This document shows, piece after piece, positions 52,901 through 64,000 of a stretch of 64,000 nucleotides of DNA. A model generated the notes under the pieces. It had not been told where the DNA came from. It searched no databases and saw only the letters and a program-made list of their open reading frames with translations. Position numbers and translations under genes: made by a program. Positions within the stretch are counted from its first letter, which is position 1. Every line of letters begins with the position of its first letter. The DNA is from Malacoraja senta (lineage: Eukaryota), in contig CM075996.1 of assembly GCA_038087875.1 (NCBI GenBank), forward strand, positions 10,480,001-10,544,000. Reading direction: 5' to 3'.

Positions 52901-54215
52901 CGCACAATGGAGGAACCGAGGAATGGTTACCTCCACAGGAAAACCCCTACTGCATAAGGATCTCATTCTTAACCTTCTTGGAGCCGTGCTACTGCCAAAA
53001 GCAATAGCCATTTGCAAATGTGCCGCACACACCAAAGGAACAGACTCAATCAGTAATGGAAACCGAATAGCTGATGCAGCTGCCAAGGAGGCAGACCAGC
53101 GACCCCCAGACCATAAAGAAGAGTTCGGACTGGAGATACAAGAAGTGGACCACGAGGTGTTGCAAAACATGCAAAAGGCCGCACCCCCAACGGAAAAATA
53201 CAAATGGAAAATGGATGAAGCGGGAAAACAGGAGGATGGACTGTGGAGATATAAAGATGGATGCTTGATATTGCCAAAGTCCCTATTCCGATTTGCCTGT
53301 GTTATGAGCCATGGGGTAACCCATGTCTCAACAGGAGGAATGGTGCAATTAGTCGAGAAGGTGTTCAAAACCTATGGGTTCACGAGTTATGCAAAGAAGT
53401 ACTGCGAAACGTGCGAGATATGTGCCAGGTACAATCCACAAGGAAACATGAAGAAACAACAAGGGAAGTACCCACAACCAAGGTACTTTATCACAAGGGA
53501 AGAAATATTGTTTAGTGATTATTGATGTATTTTCCCGATGGGTTGCAAAAGCTCGACAGTGGCAAAAGCTCTCCTCAGGGACATCATACCAAGGTTCGGG
53601 ATACCAGAGAAAATATATAGTGACAATGGGAGCCATTTTGTCAATGAGATAATAGAGAAGCTCACGGCGACCCTAAAAATACAATTAAAACATCACTGCT
53701 CTTACCACCCACAGTCTGCAGGGTTAGTAGAAAGGACTAATGGAACTAATAAAAGCAAATTAAGGAAGGCAATGGCGGAAACGGGATTCTCCTGGATAGA
53801 TTGCCTCCCATTAGTCTTATTAAATATGAGAATGCTGCTAAGTACGAGGGGAATGTCCCCGTACGAAATATTGTATGGTAAACCATTCCAATACCCTGTT
53901 CTACAAAAGTTTTCTGAGACAGTAAGTGAAGATAGTACCCTAGCACAGTACATGAAGAAAACGCTTATAAACAAATCTCATGTGTTGAAAGGTTTAACAG
54001 GTCTTGACCAAGCGGAAGGGAATCTCGTGGAGGAATTAAAGCCCGGAGACTGGGTGTTCGTAAAAATTATCAAAAGAAAAAGGTGGTCAAGCCCTCGGTG
54101 GGAAGGTCCGTATCAAGTACTACTTACTACTCCCACTGCGGTAAGAATTGCCGAAAGGCCAACGTGGGTACATATAACACACTGCAAAAGAGTAAAAATC
54201 CCAACTTCAGAGTAG
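49986..54215 (+). pseudogene. pol: ERV pro-pol: protease, 2H-phosphoesterase-like insert, RT, RNase H, integrase (frameshifted; short LINE-tail insertion ~50096-50302)
   Basis: LCDSGA; LPQG and [45 protein letters not shown]. Confidence 0.95.
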
Positions 54216-54289
54216 GAGAAAGGGGGACCGACGACGGCTGACGGCCTGTATAGGTCCAGGAACGATCCAAAACCTACACCTCCAAAACC

Positions 54290-55670
54290 ATGAAGTGGGG
54301 GATGATTATTCCGAGTGGAATTGCATTAATCATCACAGCATATGCAAAGTATACAATATACATGGCCCGAGGAAGTACTAGCACTTTTGAAATCGACCCA
54401 TGTCAGTATAAAACTGACAGTTGCGAGGACAGAGCATACGTAACGGATGGGGTGTATGTCTGTCTAGCACCATGCTCGAAATGGCATTATGTTTTCCAAC
54501 ACTCTGAGTCCTCAGGCTATAAAGAGACCGGAATCGCGCAATACCAGCGATGGTCGTTAAAAAGAAAGTCCTACACCCATACAAACCCTGGCTGGAGTAA
54601 CCGGGGAAGATGGGGAAATACACAGCCTACTTGGAAAACGTATATAACCGTGAGGAACATCCAGAAGAAAGATGAAGGGTGGTATTACGTGTGTGTCGAA
54701 GTTAGTTGGAAGGATCCCTGTAGCCAGTTGGAAGTGAGAGTAGTCGAACCAGCAGACACTGAAGTTAAAGTAAGGCCCCAGGTAGATAAGGAAACTCGGG
54801 CACCACCAAAGACAGGAGAACAAGTAATTAAGGTCATCCCAGTAGCAGACCTCTGGAAGAGTCTGGAAATTGAGACCGGATATAGGGATGATAATGCATG
54901 GTTGGAATGGATGCGTTACACAGCTAAGTCCTTAGACAGGACGGATTGTTATGCTTGTGCATCCGCAAAACCACAACTTATTCAAACACCCTTCCCGTTA
55001 AATTTTACCAACTCACCAGGCGGAGTCAAGTGCATGTTGTCATTGTACCTTAGTAAACGCAAGCCACAGAATAAGAATTGCACAGATTTGCATTTTCTAT
55101 TCACCCCCGTAGTTAAGGACATGATCCCACCTCCATTCACTATACCAACCGGCGGAAAATTTTATTGTTTCACTAGATGGGATCTTGGAGGTAAGGAGCT
55201 GGGAACACTGGAGTTATGCGAGATTATAGTAAACGTCTCCGTCCCCGCCCCTGCACTATCATCAAGTCCCTTGCCAGGGATGGACGCAACTGCTCTAGTT
55301 GGACATGAGGTCGGTAGGGCAGATGTTTGGTGGTACTGTGGAGGGAGAATATTGAGGGCAAAACTACCTAAGAACTGGAAAGGTACCTGTGCGTTGATAC
55401 AGCTGATGATGCCGTTTACTCTCGTAACACTGAAAGATGTTAAGGAGAAATCCGAGACAGGGAATAGAGTGAAAAGGGAACTTGCTAAGGATTATTTTGA
55501 TGCACACATATACATAGATGAAATTGGAGTGCCCAGAGGGGTTCCAGATGAATTTAAGGCACGCAATCAGATAGCTGCAGGATTTGAGGAAATGGAAAAA
55601 TGATGTTATTTCTGCACTAACCGCTCTCATAGTCATTGCAGGGGTACTGGTCTGCCTGGGTTGCTGCATC
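54290..55670 (+). pseudogene. env: ERV env, gamma-type, TM ectodomain deleted
   Basis: Signal peptide, CYAC, WKGTCAL, RVKR furin site, GVPRGVPDEFKARNQIAAGFE, then out-of-frame anchor GKWKNDVISALTALIVIAGVLVCLGCCI. Confidence 0.9.
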
Positions 55671-56755
55671 TTTTATGCCTACTTAAAATTCCCTGCTTTG
55701 TGAGGACAGGGGTGTAGATGTACAATGGAGATGCACTCCTTGCTTGCAATGACATATGTAGCTTGCTTTGCTTTGCAGAGGAGGTTCTTTGATCATCCGC
55801 TGACTTGCCTGTCTAGACTCTTCTTCCTCAGCCGCAGTTGTGCTGGAGCCTGCAGGGGGGATGGCAATGGTCTGCTTTCTCTGGCTGTACTCCTGACTGG
55901 TCGGGGTGGTGGATCCAGTGGGTCCCTCAAGAGGATCAAGCTCATCCTCACTGGAGATGGCACGCTGTGGTTTCTCCTTGTTGAACTGGAAGAAAATAAA
56001 TGTGTATCACAAATTTTCAAGACCATCAGGATGGGGCAAGCAAGAGGATACCAATCTACCAGGTCCCCTTCTTGTTCGTTGCTGAAATCATATGGCTTGT
56101 TTACCATTTGCCTCATCTTCTTGATCTCAACTGGCTCAACTGAGGCATCAGTATCCTCAGCAAAATCAGAATCCCAATCTACAGCAAATCTAGCAACTGG
56201 AACAGGAGCAGCAGCTTTGGAAAATGTGGCCCTGAGTGGGATGGTGCTGTGGCCACGAGCCCCCTCCATGTTCACCTCCATGGTCTCCTCCTCCTAGACC
56301 TCAATCTGCTGAACCTGGGTCTTCTCCTGCATGGTTGGTTTTCGTTGTTCCTTGCTCTTCTGATGAACCCTGCTTCTCTTGGGTGCCATTTTACGATTGT
56401 CTCCTTTGCAAGTGAAAAAAGTTTTGAAAGTCGGCGCTTTATATACCCGTGTGATCACGTGGTGCGGCGCTCAAATGACTCGCCGTGACGCATCTTGATG
56501 TATCATTGATGCATGGTGACGCAAAATTAATTAGCAGAGGTCATGACCTTGCGTCACCATGCGTCACCCGCAGGACACCCTAAGTCAGCATGCGACAGGG
56601 CGCACGACATAAGACACGCAGATGTCGCAGAAGGATTTTGAACATTCCAAAATCCAGTGGCGGCAGGGAGGCACCGCGCATCATTAAATGCGTCACGCCG
56701 CGACAACCTCTTTTCAGGTTGTCGCCGAAAATGTCGCCCAAATGGGACAGGCCCT
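55671..56755 (-). mobile_element. Harbinger-type transposon fragment with decayed Myb/MADF-like ORF (ATG 56389)
   Basis: TIR ...AAATGGGACAGGCCCT at 56755 shared with the MITE at 866; YDFSNEQEGDLVDWY resembles a Myb/SANT-MADF first helix. Confidence 0.65.
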
Positions 56756-57179
56756 TTTGTCAGATTCTGTTCTCTGTTGTCAAAGGACGAATGGCAATCA
56801 TAAAACAATACAATAAGGTCGAATGGGTAACAGGACATTTGCTTATCTGTAAGGGTGTGGAATTGGGCTGCGTTTACTCTGCTGTCTTTCGGTGGTGCAC
56901 AATGTATGTTTGTTTTTGGACCATTTGGAAGAAGAAAAACTAAATTGTCTTCTGCAATAAACAAAACATCAAAGGAAAATTCTGTATAAGGCATATATGA
57001 ATCTGTTCGTTGAGCAATTCCCTAGATTGCTCCCAGTGATCACTGTTTTTGGCACTCTTGAACACAGTCTTGATTGTCTTACCCGATCTTTGTGTTATGT
57101 TTTAAAGTTTTCTTTAACAGGAGAAAGCAGGAACGGGGTACTGATTTTGGATGATCAGCCATGATCGTATTGAATGGTG

Positions 57180-57272
57180 GGTACACAAAAATGCTGGAGA
57201 AACTCAGCGGGTGCAGCAGCATCTATGGAGCGAAGAAAATAGGCAACGTTTCGGGCCGAAACCCTTCTTCAG
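57180..57272 (-). mobile_element. Solo PLE pLTR inserted in a CR1 3'UTR
   Basis: About 2 mismatches to 33005-33097; CR1 tail resumes at GCTCGAAGG. Confidence 0.8.
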
Positions 57273-57386
57273 GCTCGAAGGTCAGAATGGCCTACTCCTG
57301 CACCTATTTTCTAAGTTTCTATAACAGAAAAGACTTAAAGTCTTCACTTTAGTTTTGGGCCCTCGGACGGGTAAACTCAAAATCAT

Positions 57387-57763
57387 CACGTCCCGGATAA
57401 TTCCGAAAATATTATTAATTTAGCAAATTATATTTGCAAGGAATCCACAAAATTACACCAAGATCCAACCAGTTCTTAGGCCCAGAGGGGTTTTGTGTCA
57501 GGGTGGCTGGGAGCATCGATACCAGCCTACTACAGGGTCTCGTCATAGTTGTTGTCATAATCACCGCCTTTTACTGTGTTGCTGCCCTGATCCGGTGTTG
57601 CTGAGCTCAGGCAGCTACTGCCCTTGTCACCACAGGACCAGCACTAATGCTGGCGCAACCAACCGATCCAGAGAAGATTGTTAAAGAGGTGTTTCACACA
57701 TTCACTATCGTGGCAGAAAAAGAACAGCCAGTTGTCCTAAAGGAAAAAGAGGAGGGAGCATAG
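57387..57763 (+). pseudogene. Second retroviral env TM C-terminal remnant
   Basis: VPDNSENIINLANYI...GWLG...LLQGLVIVVVIITAFYCVAALIRCC...EEGA*; stops and a frameshift; purine run at the end. Confidence 0.55.
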
Positions 57764-58539
57764 AATAAAAACCTTTAGTACTGCAAAGCATAATGGGATA
57801 GTTCACACAATAATGTTCAACCTAGGTGATTAATGCAAACTCAGCAACGTGATTAACACATTGATCTACTTCATACTATCAAAAGCCATCGTCTTTGTGT
57901 ATATTATGAGCAGACCTGATTATTAACGCATTGATCTACTTCACATCATCAAACGTCATCACCTTAGTGTATAAATATACTGCTATGCTGACTAACATTG
58001 GAAATGTGATCACAGCCTTTGACTGAGACACATCTCCCCTTGCGCATATATAATCAACCAATTGCTGACAGTTAATGATTATTGCCCTTCTTCGCCCGCC
58101 CACGAATCGTGGGGCTTGAATCGGCCTGTTCACAGGGTCTTTCATCAGCCGGCAGGTGCTTCAACCGGGAGCCTCGATCGCCTCGATGCAGCAGTTAGAT
58201 TTTAAGGCACGCCGGACGCTGAAAGGCCCCGTGAATGGGCCAATTCAGCCCTTAGAAAGCGTCTGATCAAGTCCGGATTACAATACATGGAGGGGGTGGA
58301 TTGTACCCCACCTCCCAAAGCATGGGGGGAACATGCCCCCTGTACCCCCCGCAGGATTTCCGCCCATGCCATCACCCACCCCCTCAGTGTTTGCCCTCAC
58401 AGGGACCAGGCACAATATGTCGCAGCTGCAACACACCGGGCTCGGCTGAAGCTGAAACTCACTCGCACAAAGTCACAAGGTGCACAGCAAGTTGCTCACC
58501 TGGCCTTGCCTTTCCCATCCACCAGCCAGCCAGTCGCTT

Positions 58540-60240
58540 ACATAGAAACATAGAAACATAGAAAGTAGGTGCGAGAGTAGACCACCAGGCCCATCGAGCC
58601 CGCACCGCCATTCGCTCATGGCTGAACACTAACTAAACAGACACCCTTACCCACAAACAGTAGACACAAGACACAGAACACAAGACACTACCCTCCCCTT
58701 TATATCGCTATCACCCCTCTCCACCCCAAGAACCGCGTGATCTCCTGGGGGAGGCAAAAAAACGGATAAAAACCCAGGTCCAATTCGGGAAAAAAATCCG
58801 GGAAATTCCTCTCCGACCCCAATCCAGGCGATCGACACTTGTCCAGGAGATCACTCAGGTCTTACTATACTAACCATACCTAGGTCCATATCCCTGCCCT
58901 CTCCCCGTAGCCCCTTATCCCCTTGGCAGCTAAAAAACCATCTATTTTAGACTTAAATATATTTAATGTTTCTGCTTCCACTGCTCCCTGGGGCAGTGAA
59001 TTCCATAAATTAACCACCCTCTGGGTGAAGAAGTTCTTCCTCATCTCAGTTTTAAAAGAGCCCCCTCTTATTCTACAACTATGTCCCCTAGTTCTAGTTT
59101 CCCCGATCATTGGGAACATCCTCGGTGCATCCACCCGATCAAGGCCCCTCACGATCTTATATGTTTCAATGAGATCGCCTCTCATTCTTCTAAACTCCAA
59201 AGAGTAGAGTTCCAGCCTACTTAACCTTTCCTCATATGTCAATCCCCTCATTGCAGGAATTAATCTTGTAAACCTTCGCTGCACTGCCTCCAGGGCCAGT
59301 ACATCCTTTCTTAAGTATGGACCCCAGAACTGTACACAGTATTCCAAATGTGGTCTCACTAATACTGTGTACAGCTGCAGCAAGACCTCCGTGTTTTTAT
59401 ACTCAATCCCCCTAGCAATAAAGGCCAAAACTCCATTGGCCTTCCTGATTGCTTGCTGCACCTGCATACTAACTTTTAGTGATTCATGTACTACTACCCC
59501 TAGATCCCTTTGCGTTGCATTACAACGCAGCTCCACCTCATTTAGAAAATAACTTGCCCTATCATTTTTTTTCCCAAAGTGAATGACTTCACATTTATTA
59601 GTATTAAATTTCATCTGCCAAGTTGTTGCCCACTCACCTAGCTTATCTATATCCTTTTGCAGACTCTTCCTATCCTCCTCATCCCCTACTTTTCCTCCCA
59701 TTTTTGTATCGTCCGCAAATTTTGATATATTACACTTGGTTCCCTCCTCCAAATCATTTATATAAATTGTGAACAACTGGGGTCCCAGCACCGACCCTTG
59801 CGGAACCCCGCTAGTTACCGGTTGCCATCCCGAGTATGAACCATTTATCCCCACTCTCTGCTTCCTATTTGTTAGCCAATCCTCTACCCATGCTAATATA
59901 TTACCCCCAATCCCATAATTTTTTATTTTTAGCAATAGTCTCTTATGTGGCACCTTGTCAAAAGCCTTTTGGAAGTCCAAGTATACCACATCCACCGGTT
60001 CCCCTTTATCCACCCGGGTTGTTACTTCCTCAAAGAATTCGAGCAGATTCGTTAAACAGGACTTCCCCTTCACAAAACCATGCTGGTTCTGTCCGATGAA
60101 GTCATGTTTATCCAAGTGCCCCGTTAGTGTTTCTTTAATAATTGTCTCTAACATTTTACCCACCACCGATGTTAGACTAACCGGTCTATAGTTACCCGCC
60201 TTCTGTTTACTTCCTTTTTTAAATATAGGTGTTACATTGG
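58540..60240 (-). mobile_element. Young 5'-truncated CR1 with uninterrupted RT ORF and long 3'UTR
   Basis: About 450 codons open from ANVTPIFKKG to the stop at 58880; (TTTCTATG)n tail. Confidence 0.95.
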
Positions 60241-60589
60241 CTTGCTGCCTCTCCTCCTCAAACGTAAACTTGGCTCGTGACAAATCCACCAAGGCGGGCG
60301 GCCTTGTCACTACCTCTGGCATCGCCCACCTACCCCTCCAGGCCCGATGGCGCAAGCCCGCCCACCCTCCAGAGCCAGTCATCTCACACCCGCAGACAGA
60401 CAGATGACTTACCAATACACAGCCAACAGCGCAATGCAGCGGACCACCCTCCAACCCACCCACACCCCGGTCCTAAAGCATGCAGGCAAGAGTTTTGTCG
60501 GGGGGCAGGACCACATTGAAGAAGCAATCACTCCCTAAGGCTGCTCATGTGAAGGTGCTAAATTCACCCCTGCCCCCGTCAGAGTCAGT

Positions 60590-61895
60590 CAAAGATCTTA
60601 TAGCGAGCAAGATGGTCCACTCCAGCGAAATACAATGGACTGACGTGTAGTACGCACCGGAGCGTAACTTCCATCATTTCAGTACCCTCGACCAGACTTC
60701 AGTTATGCCTCTCGCAGCGTTGCGGGGGAACAGTTTGTGTATTTAAATGTTTTAAATGTTTTTTTTAATTTTCTTTTTAAACGGCACATACCTTGTACAT
60801 GGAGGAACTGCAGATGCTGGTTTAAACCGAAGACAGACACAAAAGGCTGGAATAAATCAGCGGATCAGGCAGCATCTCTGGAGAGGACTAGGTGATATTT
60901 ACGGTCGACATTTTCGATAGCTGCCATGACCCGTTTTACGTCACCCTTCGCCCTGCTCTTGGTCTCGACCCGCACCGATCTGCCGGATATGCTGTGCGTG
61001 TGTGTGCGTTTGTTTGGCGGAGTCTGAGGGGAGACGCGCCGGCACCAAGTGCGAGCGAACGCGTGGACAGACGGACGAAAGCAACTATCATAGAGTGGCA
61101 TAGGTGGACATTTCGGGTCGAGACCCTTCTTCAGACTGACAATCAAGGGAAAGGGAAACGGGAGATATAGGCATATCTTCCATTCATTTGTCCTTAGTAC
61201 CATTTATATCTCTTGCTCCTCTTTCCCTTGACTCAGTCTGAAGAATTGTCTCGACCCGAAATGCCACCTACAAAGATCTTTGGTCATCTATTCCGCTCTA
61301 TGATCTTTGGTTTCGTCCGTCTGTCTGTGCGCTCTTGGTGCGGTCGCTTCTCCCCTCAAACAAAAAAAACAAAAAAAACACAAAAAACATACACACACAG
61401 AGTCCGGCAGATTGGTGTGGGCCGAGACCAGGAGCAGCAAAGATCGCTATAGGATCATTGAGGAGCAGGGTGAAGGATGACATCAAACGGGTCATGGCAG
61501 CTATCGAAAAGTACGGAAATGCTAAGGGGGAAATTAAAAAAAACCCAGAAGGAAATAGATGTTCAACAAAAAAAGGGGCGGGGGGGCGGTGATCGCTCCA
61601 TGTCCGTGTCGGAGGGAAAGGGGGGGGAGGATGGTTTGAGTTCCTCTTTCCCCTGACTCAGTCTGAAGACGGGTCTCGGCCCGAAATGTCACCTATTCCT
61701 TTTGTCCAGAAATGCCGCCCGACCCGCTGCATTTTGTGTCTATCCTTTAATCTCTCAGCCTGATATAGCAACATCTCCCTGAATTAGCTTGACGCCATGA
61801 CGGAAGCCGGTTACGGAAATGGCGCTGAAGATTACCCATGACCCTACTACAGCTTTTTAGTGGAGTGGACCATCTTGCTCACTATAAGATCTTTG
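60590..61895. mobile_element. Pair of ~35-bp inverted termini of a P-like DNA transposon (one element or two fragments)
   Basis: CAAAGATCTTATAG(C/T)GAGCAAGATGGTCCACTCCA at both ends; no matching TSD. Confidence 0.55.
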
Positions 61896-62752
61896 CTTAG
61901 CGGTGTGGTGCTCGCTGTGGTTCATGTGCAGCTCACTCTCTCTCTTCTGACCGACCGACATCATCCCGATTGTGGCGACTTCATTCGCAGAGCCGGTAAT
62001 TGTGATTTTGTACAATTTGCTGAAGATTTGTTTATTATATGTTTCTCATTCCTGGAAGATTCAGTTGCATTTTTGGTTTGAAATGCAAGCTGTACCTCCC
62101 CCTTTTCATTTAAAATATCAATTGCTGAAATCAATAAAAGAAAACCCATTTTTAACTCGCACACACACAACCCTAATATTCAACTCATTTGTATCAGTTA
62201 CAATGAGATAGGTTGGAAGAATGGGATTGCACCCTTAACTTGGCAGAGTCCATTGTGTCGTCTGATAACAGCGTCAACCGTAAAAGTCAGAGAAGAGTAC
62301 AAATTGAGTGGAAAAGGAATGAACTATCTGAGGCCCTGTGCAGACAGAGCCTGCATCTCACAAATACAGGCAAGCCAGCCACTCCAAGGGAATGAATAGA
62401 GGTGTGAATGGACGCACCTCATCCTTCAGCTACTAAAGCTGGCAAGCACACCATTGTTGCTTTTAGAGTACTTTGTGACTGGATTATTTTCTCTCTCTTT
62501 CTAAAGACTTTATTCTATCAACATTTTGAAAGTCCAACACTTCCAGTATACAGCTAAATGCAATCCAAACTTTGTATCAAAATACAATGAATTATTGTGG
62601 CTGTGTAAGGCAGGAGGCGTCTCAGAGCAACTTGTAAACTGCCCACTAGCCATCCTGTTTAGTTTAGTTTAGAGATACAGCACGGAAACAGGCCGTTCGG
62701 CCTACCGAGTCTGCGCCGACCAGCGATCGCCCCACACCAACGCTATCCTGAC

Positions 62753-63150
62753 ATATTCACTGGAATTTAGAAGGATGAGAGGGTATCTTATAGAAACATA
62801 TAAAATTCTTAAGGGATTGGGCAGGCTGGATGAAGGAAAAATGTTCCCGATGTTGCGGGAGTCCAGATCCAGGGGGAACAGTTTATGAATAAGGGGTGGG
62901 CCATTTAAGACTGAGATGGGAAAAACTTTTTCACCCAGAGTTGTGAATCTGTGGAATTCCCCGTCACAGAAGGCAGTGGAGGCCAATTCGCTGGATGTAT
63001 TCAAGAGTTAGATAGAGCTCTTAGGGCTAACGGAATCAAGGGGAGAAAGCAGGAATGGGTACTGATTTTGGATGATCAGCATTGATCATATTGAATGACA
63101 GTGCTGGCTCGAAGGCCAAATGGTCTACTCCTGCACCTATTTTCTATGTT
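62753..63150 (+). mobile_element. CR1 3' fragment nested in a minus-strand SINE
   Basis: YSLEFRRMRG to CR1 tail. Confidence 0.85.
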
Positions 63151-63779
63151 TAGAGATACAGGGCGGAAACAGGCCCACAGAGTCAGCGCCGATCAGCGAT
63201 CACCCCGCACATTAACGCTATCTTACACACACTAGGGACAATTTACACACACCAAGCGAATTAACCTACATACCTGTCGGTCTTTGGAGTGTGTGAGGAA
63301 ACAGAAGATCTTGGAAAAAAACGGTTACGGGGAGAATGTACAAACTCCGTACAGATAAGCACCCGTAGTCGGGATTGAACCCGGATCTCCGGCGCTGCAA
63401 GCGCTGTAAGGCAGCAGCTTTACCGTTGCGCCACAGTGCCACCGTGTTTCTATGTTTCCTAAACGCACTAGGGACAATTTACTTTTATACTAAGCCAATT
63501 AACCTACAAACCTGTACGTCTTTGGAGTGTGGGAAGAAACCGGAGTTCTCAGAGAAAACCCATGCAGGTCATGGGGAGAACGTACAAACTCAGTGCAGAC
63601 AAGCACCTGTCGTCAGGATCGAACCCGGGTCTCTGGCTCTGTGAGGTAGCAACTACCGCTGCGCCAGTGCGCGGTTCCTATTAAAAGACAACTTTCACAA
63701 AACTTTGCTCACCTGGCCTTGTCTTTTCCCTTCATCAGCCAGATGCTGGCTCTCCTCCTCAGCTGTACATTTCGCTTAC

Positions 63780-64000
63780 AATACCCAAATCCTAAGAGAG
63801 GTGAAAGACAACAGGGAAATTATCATCAAAACAGCAGATAAGGGGAAGAACAGAGTTGTCATGGACAAACAACAATACTTATTCGAGGCACACAGACTAT
63901 GAGGTAAAACAGAGCACTACACTGTTGACAAAGCCCATATATGAGGAAACACTAATGGAAATTGAAGACATTTTACAATGCCTCAAAAAATCCTGTTTAG
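63780..64000 (+). mobile_element. PLE RT N-terminal fragment, runs off the window
   Basis: DNREIIIKTADKGKNRVVMDKQQY (ADKG motif). Confidence 0.7.

Noticed and set aside
57764..58085. 3' LTR of the ERV
   Set aside because: No visible similarity to 46713-47128 and no TG start after the purine run
60241..60463. Apparent host-RT fusion at the N-terminus of ORF 58880-60463
   Set aside because: Flanking sequence is in frame by chance with a 5'-truncated CR1; no promoter or splice evidence
61800..61830. ETS/YY1-like promoter motifs (CGGAAG, AAATGGCG)
   Set aside because: They lie in the subterminal region of a TIR element; no linked gene identified
62211..62435. Possible plus-strand exon
   Set aside because: Two frames open, weak splice sites, no recognisable homology

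Overview
Repeat-dense eukaryotic DNA, most likely from a cartilaginous fish (skate or shark); this is inferred from HE1/V-SINE-like SINEs, HER1/CR1 LINEs and Penelope-like elements (PLEs). One host gene is recognisable: the 5' two-thirds of a SUN2-like inner-nuclear-membrane (LINC complex) gene on the minus strand. It has about 10 well-supported, phase-compatible coding exons between 38740 and 92, and the SUN domain lies beyond the left edge. The rest is mostly mobile DNA: many 5'-truncated CR1 LINEs; Rex1/Babar and RTE fragments; tRNA-derived V-SINEs; PLEs (one with an open 565-aa RT+GIY-YIG ORF) whose pseudo-LTRs carry minimal hammerhead-ribozyme cores; Helitrons; Harbinger elements; a TIR transposon family with 7-bp TSDs; and a decayed gamma/epsilon-like endogenous retrovirus (46713-55670). 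The most notable observations are: (i) four 12-38 bp TIR-hairpin scars with 8-bp TSDs that look like P-element excision footprints; (ii) a 2H-phosphoesterase module inside the ERV pol; (iii) dispersed hammerhead-bearing PLE ends; (iv) a 2.8-kb transposon inserted 14 nt from a SUN2 splice acceptor; (v) an Ig-like motif in env plus a second, unrelated env tail. All calls are by eye; no searches were run.
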